Positions 17,816 through 26,734 of a DNA stretch of 64,000 nucleotides are shown one piece after another; position 1 is the stretch's first letter; each line of letters begins with the position of its first letter. Below the pieces are notes generated by a model that saw nothing but the letters and a program-made list of their open reading frames with translations, had not been told where the DNA came from and made no database searches. Position numbers and translations under genes: made by a program. This DNA is from Candidatus Bathyarchaeia archaeon. Its GTDB lineage: Archaea; Thermoproteota; Bathyarchaeia; Bathyarchaeales; Bathycorpusculaceae. Where the stretch lies: assembly GCA_038882955.1 (NCBI GenBank), contig JAVZNC010000004.1, positions 126,349-190,348 on the forward strand, in the 5' to 3' direction.

Positions 17816-18925
17816 ATGAAAACGTTGAACGAGGATGAAGTCGAATATCTGGTCTATGGTGCAACAACTTTGGGCACTGGTGGTGGTGGAAATCCAAAAA
17901 AAGGTTTGAAATTACTTATTGAAGATATGCGGAAAGGACGAAGACTTAGAATTGCAGATTTAAATGAGCTATCTGATAATGATATAATTGTCTGTCCTTA
18001 TTTCTGCGGCACCATTGCTCCCACGACTCAAAAGCATGAAAACATCGTATATAGTGATCCAATAGTTGAATCCTTCAAAAAAATTGAAAAAACTTTAGGT
18101 GAAAAAATTTCGGCTGTTGCAACCACCGAACTAGGCGGCTTTAACACAGCAGCAGCTCTGCATGTAGCCTCTGTGATGGATATACCGTTAGTCGATGGAG
18201 ACTATGTTGGCAGAGCTGCTCCAGAATTACTACAGTCCACAGCCAACATTTTCGGCATCCCCTTGTTACCCAGCGTAATCACAACAGAAACTGGCAATTT
18301 AGTTATCATTGAGAAATGCGCCAACTTAGATGAGTATGAGCGCATTGCCAGAACAGTATCTCTGACAAGTGGCAGCGCTGCCGTTGTTGACACCCCAATC
18401 AAAGGAAATTTAGCCAAAAAAGTTCTAATCAAAGGTTCTGTTTCGAAATGCATAGAAATTGGAGAAACCGTGAAAAAAGCGAACGCTGTTGGACGAAATC
18501 CAATACTTGAACTTATAAAAAGCCTTGGCGGAGTCCTTGTGTTTAAGGGCTCGGTAAAAAATTACTCATGGAATGATACTGGCGGCTTCCTTTATGGAGA
18601 GGCCATCTACGAAGGAGTTGACGAATGGAAAAAGCATGAACTTAAAATATGGATTAAAAACGAGAACATAATCGCTTGGGTAGATGGAGAGGTTGCTGTT
18701 ACTGCACCTGACTTAATAGTTGTTGTGAATGAAAAAGGCTATGGCATTACAAACACGGAGCTAAAGGAAGGGATGAAAGCGTTTGTTATAGGCGTTAAAG
18801 CTCCGAATGTGTGGACTACTAAAAAGGGTCTAGAACTTTTCGGTCCAAGACACTTTGGCTTCGAGTTTGACTATAAACCTCTTGAAATTGGAGAGTGCAA
18901 ATGTTTTGAAACGCGTTTGAAATGA
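17816..18925 (+). CDS. DUF917 family protein
   Basis: LGTGGGG, ELGGFN, DGDYVGRAAPEL, KNENI and APDLI motifs. Confidence 0.9.
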   Translation: MKTLNEDEVEYLVYGATTLGTGGGGNPKKGLKLLIEDMRKGRRLRIADLNELSDNDIIVCPYFCGTIAPTTQKHENIVYSDPIVESFKKIEKTLGEKISAVATTELGGFNTAAALHVASVMDIPLVDGDYVGRAAPELLQSTANIFGIPLLPSVITTETGNLVIIEKCANLDEYERIARTVSLTSGSAAVVDTPIKGNLAKKVLIKGSVSKCIEIGETVKKANAVGRNPILELIKSLGGVLVFKGSVKNYSWNDTGGFLYGEAIYEGVDEWKKHELKIWIKNENIIAWVDGEVAVTAPDLIVVVNEKGYGITNTELKEGMKAFVIGVKAPNVWTTKKGLELFGPRHFGFEFDYKPLEIGECKCFETRLK

Positions 18926-18953
18926 GAAAAAGGAGAAAGTTGACTGAGGCTTG

Positions 18954-20528
18954 TTATTCTGGCGGTAGTTCTCCGTAAATGCTTGTTGGTGGTATTCCCT
19001 TCTTTTGATTTTTATGTGCGTAGTAAGCAAAGTGCAATGCCCCTATGAAGTAAGTTACAGCTATCAACAGGCCGCTGCTCACAGTAATTGCAGACGTACA
19101 CAGAATGTATAGGTAAAGCATCGAGCTAATAGCGCCTGTAATGGCCACTAAGGGTATGCCTGCTAATCGCCATTTAAGTCCTTTTTCCCATATGTGTGGT
19201 TTAGAGAATGGAAATTCAGCTTCTGACCAGTGCTGCCACATACTGGCGAATGCATAAACCCAGCTTATACCCATTATTACAGGTATTAACGCATCGAAGA
19301 ACACACATAGTACCGCTGTAATCGTCGAAACTGCGAACCACCATATAGTGCCAACGTAGGGGCTGTTCCATCTTGGGTGCACTTTTGCAAAGATTTCAGG
19401 ACCCATTCTGTCCATTGCCATGGCAAACATTGGACGCGACGTATAAATTGAGTTTATAACCATATCTGCAAAGTTACCCCATTGAGGCGCCCAAGCAACC
19501 AATGTTGCGAAGGACGGGTTGTCCGCAACCAATACTGCAGCATATGTGCTTACGCTTGGAGAAAAGTTTTGATTCAGTGTAAATTCGCTAGCATAACCAT
19601 TTTCCACTATGAAATTGTATCTCAGTGAAAAGTCACCATAGGCGTTCGTGTAGGCCGCTGATAATGAAACATTCACAACTAAAACGATAAACGCGGCGCC
19701 CACCATGCCAAGAGGCACGCTTTTAGTGGGTTCTTGCACTTCGCCAACCACGGGCTCCAATACATAAGGCCATGTGTTCGCCACGGGAATCAGCAGTGCA
19801 GCGCCTATGGCTTCCCATGTAAACACTGGTGTTTGGTATCCATGAGCATTAGATATACTTATGACTTCGTTGTAGGCGCCTATACCAAAAGTTTGATCCC
19901 ATTTCGACTGCAAAGTTGCTGGAGAGGTCAAAACAAGCGGCACAAGCACCGTTATATATCCGAACATGGCGAGAATGCCCCAGAACGCCACCCACTTTCC
20001 AATTATTCCAGGTCCTAGTCCATCAACAAGTGCACCTATCACTTGCATAAGCACCGTAACTCCAAGCGCAAACATCGGCTGCATTAACGTAGCTCCCGCG
20101 TTTAGGAGAGGATCTAACTTGGTGATTGAGCCTACTATTTGAAACAGGGAGCCCATGGATACTGTTCCAAGGTACGCGTTTGCCCCTCTGCTTATTGGGT
20201 TTGTAATGTAGCTTCTTGTTGCCTCCATTATTCCAAGCATTGGAGAAACAGTTCTGGAGATTGGAATGTAAGATGAGCCTGATCTGGGCATCGCGACATA
20301 AATTAGGGATTCGCTGAAACATGCGAAGGCTACGATTAGGTTAGCAACTCCATATAACAGCGGCAGGTTTATTCCTGGATACCAATTTGGAAGCACCGCC
20401 ATCAGATAGAAGTGCCACGGCAATGTGCACGAAGTAGCTATGCCAAAGAATATTGCTTGCCAAGGCGTAATAGCACGTCTGAGACCAGAAGCTTTCCTAA
20501 CAAACAATAGAGGCTTTTCCTTCTCCAT
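18954..20528 (-). CDS. APC family amino acid/polyamine permease
   Basis: FVRKASGL.R, MPRSG..Y, GEV..P, SRPMFAMAMDR...P; about 12 TM helices. Confidence 0.88.
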   Translation of the reverse strand: MEKEKPLLFVRKASGLRRAITPWQAIFFGIATSCTLPWHFYLMAVLPNWYPGINLPLLYGVANLIVAFACFSESLIYVAMPRSGSSYIPISRTVSPMLGIMEATRSYITNPISRGANAYLGTVSMGSLFQIVGSITKLDPLLNAGATLMQPMFALGVTVLMQVIGALVDGLGPGIIGKWVAFWGILAMFGYITVLVPLVLTSPATLQSKWDQTFGIGAYNEVISISNAHGYQTPVFTWEAIGAALLIPVANTWPYVLEPVVGEVQEPTKSVPLGMVGAAFIVLVVNVSLSAAYTNAYGDFSLRYNFIVENGYASEFTLNQNFSPSVSTYAAVLVADNPSFATLVAWAPQWGNFADMVINSIYTSRPMFAMAMDRMGPEIFAKVHPRWNSPYVGTIWWFAVSTITAVLCVFFDALIPVIMGISWVYAFASMWQHWSEAEFPFSKPHIWEKGLKWRLAGIPLVAITGAISSMLYLYILCTSAITVSSGLLIAVTYFIGALHFAYYAHKNQKKGIPPTSIYGELPPE

Positions 20529-20713
20529 AGTCTCACATCAAGACATCCGAAATTTCAAACATAACTATTTAATACTTTGTTAACAGCAACAGTTTTTCTT
20601 GATAATTTTGCATCATGTGGTTCATAATGGAAATTTCATAATCAAAGCCTCACACGTATATTGTTAGTAATTCCAACAACTTTAATTCCATCATCCTAAA
20701 AAGCTCTTTAACA

Positions 20714-22651
20714 TCACCCTTTCTTTTTAGGTAAAATTATACCGTTACGCTCTAGCTGCTGCGCAACGCTAAGTAAACCAAGCTTTTCCAATGTTTCTCT
20801 GTAAGGCCAGCTAGTTTCAGGATCCCACTCGTGAAGTTCATAATACCTATTTAACATGGCGTCTAGCTCCTGCTTCGAATTCGTTAAACCCTTGTATGGT
20901 CCAGACAAAACAGGTTCGTTCATCAACCGCCATGGCAAATCGTCAAGTTTTCTGTCTGCGCCTTCTCTGATGTTGAAGCATTTTTCGAGAGTTACTATGC
21001 GTCTTCCAGCTGTCATAATTGTTTTCTCGTCCATTGGTATGCCTGTTGCCAAATGGAACATTTGCGCCATATTTTCTGGGTTGACTGCGTATGCGGCGGT
21101 TGTTGCGAAGGCGCAGAAGCCCAAACTGTCAGTAACCGCGTAGCAGTCTTCATGCCAACGCACAATTTCAGGACGATATTCAACATAATGTGGTTGAGCC
21201 CATTTTTTGTCCCCTGTAATTTTCTCTATTAGGGCCACTGCTTCTGGACTTGCGCCGAATTCTGCAATTGTTTCGGTGTGAAGGTGATCGGGACCACGTG
21301 GGTTGACGGCAAACGCTAATGCGTAAGCTTTTGCTGATCTCGTGTCAACATTAGATTGTTCCAGTCCCTTGGAATTGCACACTGCCCATTTCCAACTTTC
21401 CTTACCAACTTTTTCAGCGGCGCGTTTTGCCCCATCAGCTAAGAGTTTGCCAAGATTACCCCTTCTAAAAGCAATACGGTGAATGGTTTCAATCATGGCT
21501 TCGGCGTTTCCAAATTTTAATTCAATCCCATCTGTGTCCTCTCTTGTTAGAACGCCCCTCTCAAAGCTTTCCATAGCCCAAGAGATAACAGCGCCTGTTG
21601 AAATCGTGTCAATCCCATAAATGTTGCACAATTCACTTGCCTTGATTATTGCGTCTGTGTCGATTACAAATGGCTGAGCACCCAACGCCTCAAAAGTTTC
21701 AAATTCCGGCCCCCCGGTATATGCGCCGTCATATGGACCGCTCTTTGCTTCCACAAACCGGTGGCAGCTTATTGTACAGCTAAAACATCCGACTCTTCGT
21801 AGCAAGTATTCCTTCTCTACTAGATTTTGGCCGGATAAAGGTTTAGGGTCTGGCAGATTGTCGTAAATAAAATTACGATTTGGAAGTCTATGCAGCTCAT
21901 TATCAAGCTCGAATGAATTTGCAGTTCCGTATTGGTAGAGCGTTTGGGCTCCGCTGTCCTTCGCCACGTTCATTCGCACTGCTAGGGTTAGCTCTCTGAA
22001 TTCGTCTGGTTTCCACAATTCTATGCTTTTGGTGCCTCTAACGGCTATTGCTTTGACGTTCTTTGAGCCCATCACTGCACCTGCTCCGCCTCTGCCAGCA
22101 GCATGATAAACGGAGTTCATGACAGCAGCAAACCTCACAAGGTTCTCTCCAGCCGGTCCGATGCATGCGATCTTGGCCTCCTTGTCGTTTAACTCGTCGG
22201 TTAGTGCTTCAGTTGTTTCCCTCACATCTAAACCCCAAACATGTTTGGCATCTCTTATCTCAACATTTTCATCTTGTAGCGCTATGTATACAGGCTTTTC
22301 CGCTTTCCCATGAAGAACTAGGTGGTCGTATCCTGCGAACTTTAGTTCGGCGCCCCAGTGCCCACCCATGTTCGTTTTGAGGAAAAGATTTGTCATTGGG
22401 CTTTTGCATGTAACTGTTGTTCTACCAGAAGATGGCGCAGTGGTGCCTGTGAGAGTGCCAGTTCCAAATATTAGGACGTTTTCCGGTCCGAGCGGGTCTA
22501 TGCCAGATTTGGTGATTAGATTCCACAAGAGTTTGGCGTTAATTCCCCTGCCGCCGAGGAAAAGTTCGCATAGTTGCTCGTCCAACCCTTCTGTCCATAT
22601 TTTGCCTCTCGATAAGTTTATGTGAAGAATCTTCCCTTGCCAGCCGTACAT
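20714..22651 (-). CDS. aor: Aldehyde:ferredoxin oxidoreductase (W/Mo-AOR family)
   Basis: GGRG, KSP.T, IGPAGEN, GRGGAGAVMGSKN, CxxCxxxC, DSLGFC; GGAGGT SD before ATG 22651. Confidence 0.93.
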   Translation of the reverse strand: MYGWQGKILHINLSRGKIWTEGLDEQLCELFLGGRGINAKLLWNLITKSGIDPLGPENVLIFGTGTLTGTTAPSSGRTTVTCKSPMTNLFLKTNMGGHWGAELKFAGYDHLVLHGKAEKPVYIALQDENVEIRDAKHVWGLDVRETTEALTDELNDKEAKIACIGPAGENLVRFAAVMNSVYHAAGRGGAGAVMGSKNVKAIAVRGTKSIELWKPDEFRELTLAVRMNVAKDSGAQTLYQYGTANSFELDNELHRLPNRNFIYDNLPDPKPLSGQNLVEKEYLLRRVGCFSCTISCHRFVEAKSGPYDGAYTGGPEFETFEALGAQPFVIDTDAIIKASELCNIYGIDTISTGAVISWAMESFERGVLTREDTDGIELKFGNAEAMIETIHRIAFRRGNLGKLLADGAKRAAEKVGKESWKWAVCNSKGLEQSNVDTRSAKAYALAFAVNPRGPDHLHTETIAEFGASPEAVALIEKITGDKKWAQPHYVEYRPEIVRWHEDCYAVTDSLGFCAFATTAAYAVNPENMAQMFHLATGIPMDEKTIMTAGRRIVTLEKCFNIREGADRKLDDLPWRLMNEPVLSGPYKGLTNSKQELDAMLNRYYELHEWDPETSWPYRETLEKLGLLSVAQQLERNGIILPKKKG

Positions 22652-22873
22652 CTTACCTCCAAATGCTTTCACGGTAACCTCCACTCCCTATGCGAAGAAC
22701 AAGCTGAAACGCGCGCGTTCTATATAACCTATACATATGTTTAAATCACTTCTGTTCATGAATACGCTAGAAAAATAGTTACTTAGAATATAAGTCTTAA
22801 GCGCGCTGCACTGCTGTTTGTAATTGTGGTTAGGCTTTTAATTGAAAAGTTCATAATAGAATTGGGTGCCGCC

Positions 22874-23326
22874 ATGTCTAAAGGCGAGTCTAACATGACT
22901 TTTCTAGAGTCTGAGTTAAAGGGAAAAACGCTTCTTGTATACTGGTATTTGCTTCAGCAATCCACACATACGGTTGGCGTCCGCGAGGTTCAACGTGCCT
23001 TGGGTTTTTCAAGTCCAAGCATAGCGGTGCATCATCTTGAGAAGCTTCAGGATTTGGGTCTTGTTCGTAAGAGGGCGACTGGCGAGTATGTGCTTGAGGA
23101 GGAGGTTAAAGTTGGGATTTTGCGTTTTTTCACGCGTATGGGACGTTTTCTTGTTCCGCGATACTTGTTTTATTCTGTTCTTTTTCTCACAATGCTTATC
23201 GCTTATTTAATTTTATGCATCATAAACCAGTTGGCTCCAAACTTGTACGCTTTAATTTTTGGCTCTGCTGCAAACATAATACTTTGGTTTGAGACCTTTA
23301 GATTGTGGAGGGCGAAGCCCCTATGA
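22874..23326 (+). CDS. Membrane-tethered wHTH transcription regulator
   Basis: GVREVQRALGFSSPSIAVHHLEKL HTH followed by two TM helices. Confidence 0.8.
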   Translation: MSKGESNMTFLESELKGKTLLVYWYLLQQSTHTVGVREVQRALGFSSPSIAVHHLEKLQDLGLVRKRATGEYVLEEEVKVGILRFFTRMGRFLVPRYLFYSVLFLTMLIAYLILCIINQLAPNLYALIFGSAANIILWFETFRLWRAKPL

Positions 23327-23339
23327 GGCTTTTACATGC

Positions 23340-23360
23340 TGTTCTAAAGTGTAGAATTAA
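23340..23360 (+). promoter_or_regulatory. Operator-like motif copy 1 (TGTTCTAAAGTGTAGAATTAA)
   Basis: TTCTA-N5-TAGAA palindrome; 16/21 identical to the copy at 23716. Confidence 0.5.
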
Positions 23361-23404
23361 AAGAGCAAGTGCGCTATCTAAACTTGTGAAGGTGTAAGCG
23401 AGCC

Positions 23405-23701
23405 TTGAAGAAGATTGTGCTGTACTGCGTGGCGGCAGCTATCCTTGGAATAATCCTCGTAGTTGGTCCGCTTTTTGCGCTTGCAATGTTCAGAAATGAG
23501 TCTTCAGCAGTTCCGGTTTTCCTTCGCTCTGAAGGGTTAAAGGAACTTGAGAAAGAAACGTATGGTTCTGACACTTATTCATATTCAAATTTTGACGTTG
23601 GAATCTTGGTGTTATGCTTTTTTATAGCCTTAACCGTTTACTTGATTTTCAAGCGCAGGTCACCATATTCAGAGAATGTTTGGTTTAGGTACCTGTACTA
23701 A
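23405..23701 (+). CDS. Small 2-TM membrane protein
   Basis: N- and C-terminal hydrophobic helices; AGGTG SD. Confidence 0.7.
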   Translation: MKKIVLYCVAAAILGIILVVGPLFALAMFRNESSAVPVFLRSEGLKELEKETYGSDTYSYSNFDVGILVLCFFIALTVYLIFKRRSPYSENVWFRYLY

Positions 23702-23715
23702 TTTTGGTACAAACG

Positions 23716-23736
23716 TGTTCTGAAACATAGCATTAA
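23716..23736 (+). promoter_or_regulatory. Operator-like motif copy 2 (TGTTCTGAAACATAGCATTAA)
   Basis: Similar spacing to the downstream start codon as copy 1. Confidence 0.5.
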
Positions 23737-23775
23737 GTCAACTAAACACGCTTGTTATAGGCAGGTGAGTTCGAA

Positions 23776-25548
23776 ATGATTAAGGGAAAAGTTGTATTGT
23801 TAACAGTGTTAATCGGCTTAAGCATGTTTCTAGCACTGTGTAGCAACACTGAGTATGGCACAGCCGCACTTAACAAGTTCAGGTCATACGATGAACTTAA
23901 AGAGTTTCTACAGAAGCCAAGACCATATTATCCGCCAGACTACGCGTTCTTTTTACCCGATGGAAATGCGCGGGTGCTCTCAGAAAGCTACGGAAGCTAC
24001 GGCTACTCAAAAACTAACATTCAAGTTGAAGGCGTTGACGAGGCAGACATCGTTAAGACTGACGGCGAGTTCCTTTACGTAATTTCGGGACAAAGCGTAG
24101 TCATTGTTAAGGCTTATCCACCAGAAGAAGCTGCTGTCTTGTCCAGAATAAATGTGAATGGCACTTTGAAGCAGCTCTTTATAAACGGCGACAGGCTTGT
24201 GATTTTCTATGAAGGAACCGTCCAAACATTCTATCCCGAAGTTATCGGCAAAGCATATTCTGGATATTGCGGTGAACCAAAAACTTTCATTCAAATATAC
24301 GATGTTTCATTCAGGGAATTTCCAACACTTAGAAGAGAAATAATTGTTGAGGGACACTACTTCAATTCTAGAATGATAGGCAACTATGTATACGCTATTG
24401 TCATGCGGAGCGCTTGCATAAACAATGATGAAGTGGAACTTCCAAAAATCTGCTTTGATGGCGAATGGAGAGAGATAGATGCGACTGAAATTTACTACTC
24501 AAACGTTTTGGATTACGCCTACATATACACTACGATAGTTGCCGTTAATGTGCAAAGTGATTGGCAAGAACCAACCTATGGACCGTTGCTTTTAGGCGCA
24601 ACTTCGACGCTGTATGTTTCGTTGAGCAATATTTACTTGGCTATAACAGACCACCACAACACGTATTTGCATAGAATCCACGTTGAAGACGACGAAATAA
24701 CCTATGTTGCTGATGGACAGGTTCCAGGCGTTGTTCTTAACCAGTTTTCAATGGACGAGTATAACGGATACTTTAGAATTGCCACATGCTATGGTGGAAT
24801 AAACAGTTTATACGTTTTAAACATGGACTTGGAAATAGTTGGCAGTCTCAAAGACGTAGCCCCGAGAGAGCAGATTCACTCAGCACGGTTCATGGGCGAC
24901 ATTTGCTACCTCGTGACATTCAGAAAAGTTGACCCATTCTTCGTCATAGACTTGGCTGACCCATACAATCCCAAGGTGCTTGGCGAGTTGAAGGTTAGCG
25001 GCTACTCGGATTATCTGCACCTTTATGACGCGAATCACGTTATAGGCGTCGGCAAGGAAACAGTTCCAGAGGAAGAAGGCGACTTCTCATGGTATCAAGG
25101 CGTAAAAATTTCGCTTTTCGACGTTACAAATGTAAGCAGTCCAGAAGAAATTGCAAAGTACATTATAGGCGAGAGAGGCACACACTCGCCAGTTCTAAGC
25201 GACCACAAAGCTTTCCTATTTAACAAGGAAAAGCAGCTTCTAGTAATACCCGTACTTGTTGCGGATATTAACGAAAGCAAATACCCACAGGGTGTTCCGC
25301 CATGCGTTTGCGGTGAACCCGTTTGGCAAGGCGCATACGTGTTCGCAGTCTCTCTGGAGCTTGAAGAGAAAATCGTTTTAAGAGGCACTATAACACACAT
25401 TGAAAACGGCAACGTAATGGACAGCACGCATCACATTACGAGAGCACTGTACATAGGCGACGTCTTATACACAATATCCGAAAGCAAAGTTAAGATGAAC
25501 TCGCTGCTCGACCTAAGCGAAATAAAAGAACTAAACCTTAAAGCTTGA
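23776..25548 (+). CDS. Secreted beta-propeller domain protein (Beta_propel/COG4880-like)
   Basis: YSKTNIQVEGVDEADIVKTDG, LNQFSMDE, TFRKVDPFFVIDL and GELKVSGYSDYLH motifs. Confidence 0.9.
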   Translation: MIKGKVVLLTVLIGLSMFLALCSNTEYGTAALNKFRSYDELKEFLQKPRPYYPPDYAFFLPDGNARVLSESYGSYGYSKTNIQVEGVDEADIVKTDGEFLYVISGQSVVIVKAYPPEEAAVLSRINVNGTLKQLFINGDRLVIFYEGTVQTFYPEVIGKAYSGYCGEPKTFIQIYDVSFREFPTLRREIIVEGHYFNSRMIGNYVYAIVMRSACINNDEVELPKICFDGEWREIDATEIYYSNVLDYAYIYTTIVAVNVQSDWQEPTYGPLLLGATSTLYVSLSNIYLAITDHHNTYLHRIHVEDDEITYVADGQVPGVVLNQFSMDEYNGYFRIATCYGGINSLYVLNMDLEIVGSLKDVAPREQIHSARFMGDICYLVTFRKVDPFFVIDLADPYNPKVLGELKVSGYSDYLHLYDANHVIGVGKETVPEEEGDFSWYQGVKISLFDVTNVSSPEEIAKYIIGERGTHSPVLSDHKAFLFNKEKQLLVIPVLVADINESKYPQGVPPCVCGEPVWQGAYVFAVSLELEEKIVLRGTITHIENGNVMDSTHHITRALYIGDVLYTISESKVKMNSLLDLSEIKELNLKA

Positions 25549-25562
25549 AGAAGGGAGCATTT

Positions 25563-25697
25563 ATGACTTTAAGTGAACTCATCAGAATGCTTGGAGACTT
25601 CGTCGAAGTGGCTATGACCATCCTTTTGGCTTACGTTGCGTACAAAGTTGCTGTTTTGGTGGATGCGCTTAACAACAAGTTAAAGCGAGAAGGCTAG
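25563..25697 (+). CDS. 44-aa single-TM micro-protein (MTLSELIRMLGDFVEVAMTILLAYVAYKVAVLVDALNNKLKREG)
   Basis: Manually translated; GGGAG SD; fills the gap between flanking genes. Confidence 0.65.
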   Translation: MTLSELIRMLGDFVEVAMTILLAYVAYKVAVLVDALNNKLKREG

Positions 25698-25711
25698 AGG
25701 AAGTCTAAAAC

Positions 25712-25938
25712 ATGATTAAGAGACAAGAATTGCTCCAACAACACAACATAGAAGAGAAGAAAAAGGAAAACGGTGGTTCCTTAGGAGCTTATCCCAATGC
25801 ACATAATGGAAAAATCATTGTTCAAATGCAAGTTTGCATCTGCTGCGGTAAAACATTTCCATTCAAGAAGGGACGAAAAACTGTCCTTACTGTCAAGCAA
25901 CGCTTAAAGTGAGGGCTATGGTGCTTAAAGTTCCATAA
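25712..25938 (+). pseudogene. Zinc-ribbon protein split by a -1 frameshift (CICC ... CPYC)
   Basis: Frame 0 gives VCICCGKTFPFKKGR; the -1 frame after the A5 run at 25876-25880 gives KNCPYCQATLKVRAMVLKVP*. Confidence 0.55.
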
Positions 25939-25945
25939 AAACCAA

Positions 25946-26725
25946 TTATTTTTTAACCATTTTTCTTGCGAATGTTATGTAGCCAGTATGCCCAACCATC
26001 AGCGTCTGTGGGCGGGTTTTTCCCCTTTCAGCTTGAATCCCACGCATTAGGCATTCAACGGTTTCAACATCGACGAAATTGTTTTCTTTTAGGGCTTCCA
26101 CGGTTTTCACAACTTGGTCTATTGTGGGGCTAAAAGAGACAAGCGTCCCACATGATTTTAAGGCGTTGTAGGCATGCGGAACCACAAGCCAAGGCGTAGC
26201 CAAATCCAGAATTACGGTATCCACATCTGACTCGTCTATGCCAGCAGTGACATCTTTATTTTTGAGTTCCACAAAATCTGCCAAGCCTGCCCTCCGCAAG
26301 TTTTTCTCCGCAGTTTCCAGAAATTCATTTCTAATCTCGTAGCTGTAGACTTTGCCGTTCGGCTTTACGTAGTGGGCTAGAGCTGTTGTTAGGGCGCCTG
26401 TTCCAGTTCCAGCCTCGACAACGCGGCTTCCAGAGCCTATGCCGCTGAACATTATTATTAGGGCGATGTCCTTTGGGTATGTTATCTGCGTTTGCCTAGC
26501 CGACTTCATGATGTAATCGCGCAGCAGAGGCTTTAGGGCTACAAATTCAATGCCCATGTTGCTGACAACTGTTGAGCCATACTCTTTTCCAATTAAATCA
26601 TCAAATTTTATGAAACCCTTATGCGTGTGGAAGTTTTTTCCAGCTTCCACTTTGACAAGATAGGTTTTCCTTGGGCTTAGGTATAGTAGGACGTAGTCGC
26701 CTTCAGTTATTTTCTGGTCTGACAA
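25946..26725 (-). CDS. trmI: tRNA (adenine-N1)-methyltransferase
   Basis: QITYPKD, VVEAGTGTGALT, ILDLATPW, FSPTIDQV and GHTGY motifs. Confidence 0.95.
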   Translation of the reverse strand: MSDQKITEGDYVLLYLSPRKTYLVKVEAGKNFHTHKGFIKFDDLIGKEYGSTVVSNMGIEFVALKPLLRDYIMKSARQTQITYPKDIALIIMFSGIGSGSRVVEAGTGTGALTTALAHYVKPNGKVYSYEIRNEFLETAEKNLRRAGLADFVELKNKDVTAGIDESDVDTVILDLATPWLVVPHAYNALKSCGTLVSFSPTIDQVVKTVEALKENNFVDVETVECLMRGIQAERGKTRPQTLMVGHTGYITFARKMVKK

Positions 26726-26734
26726 TTGTGGTCA

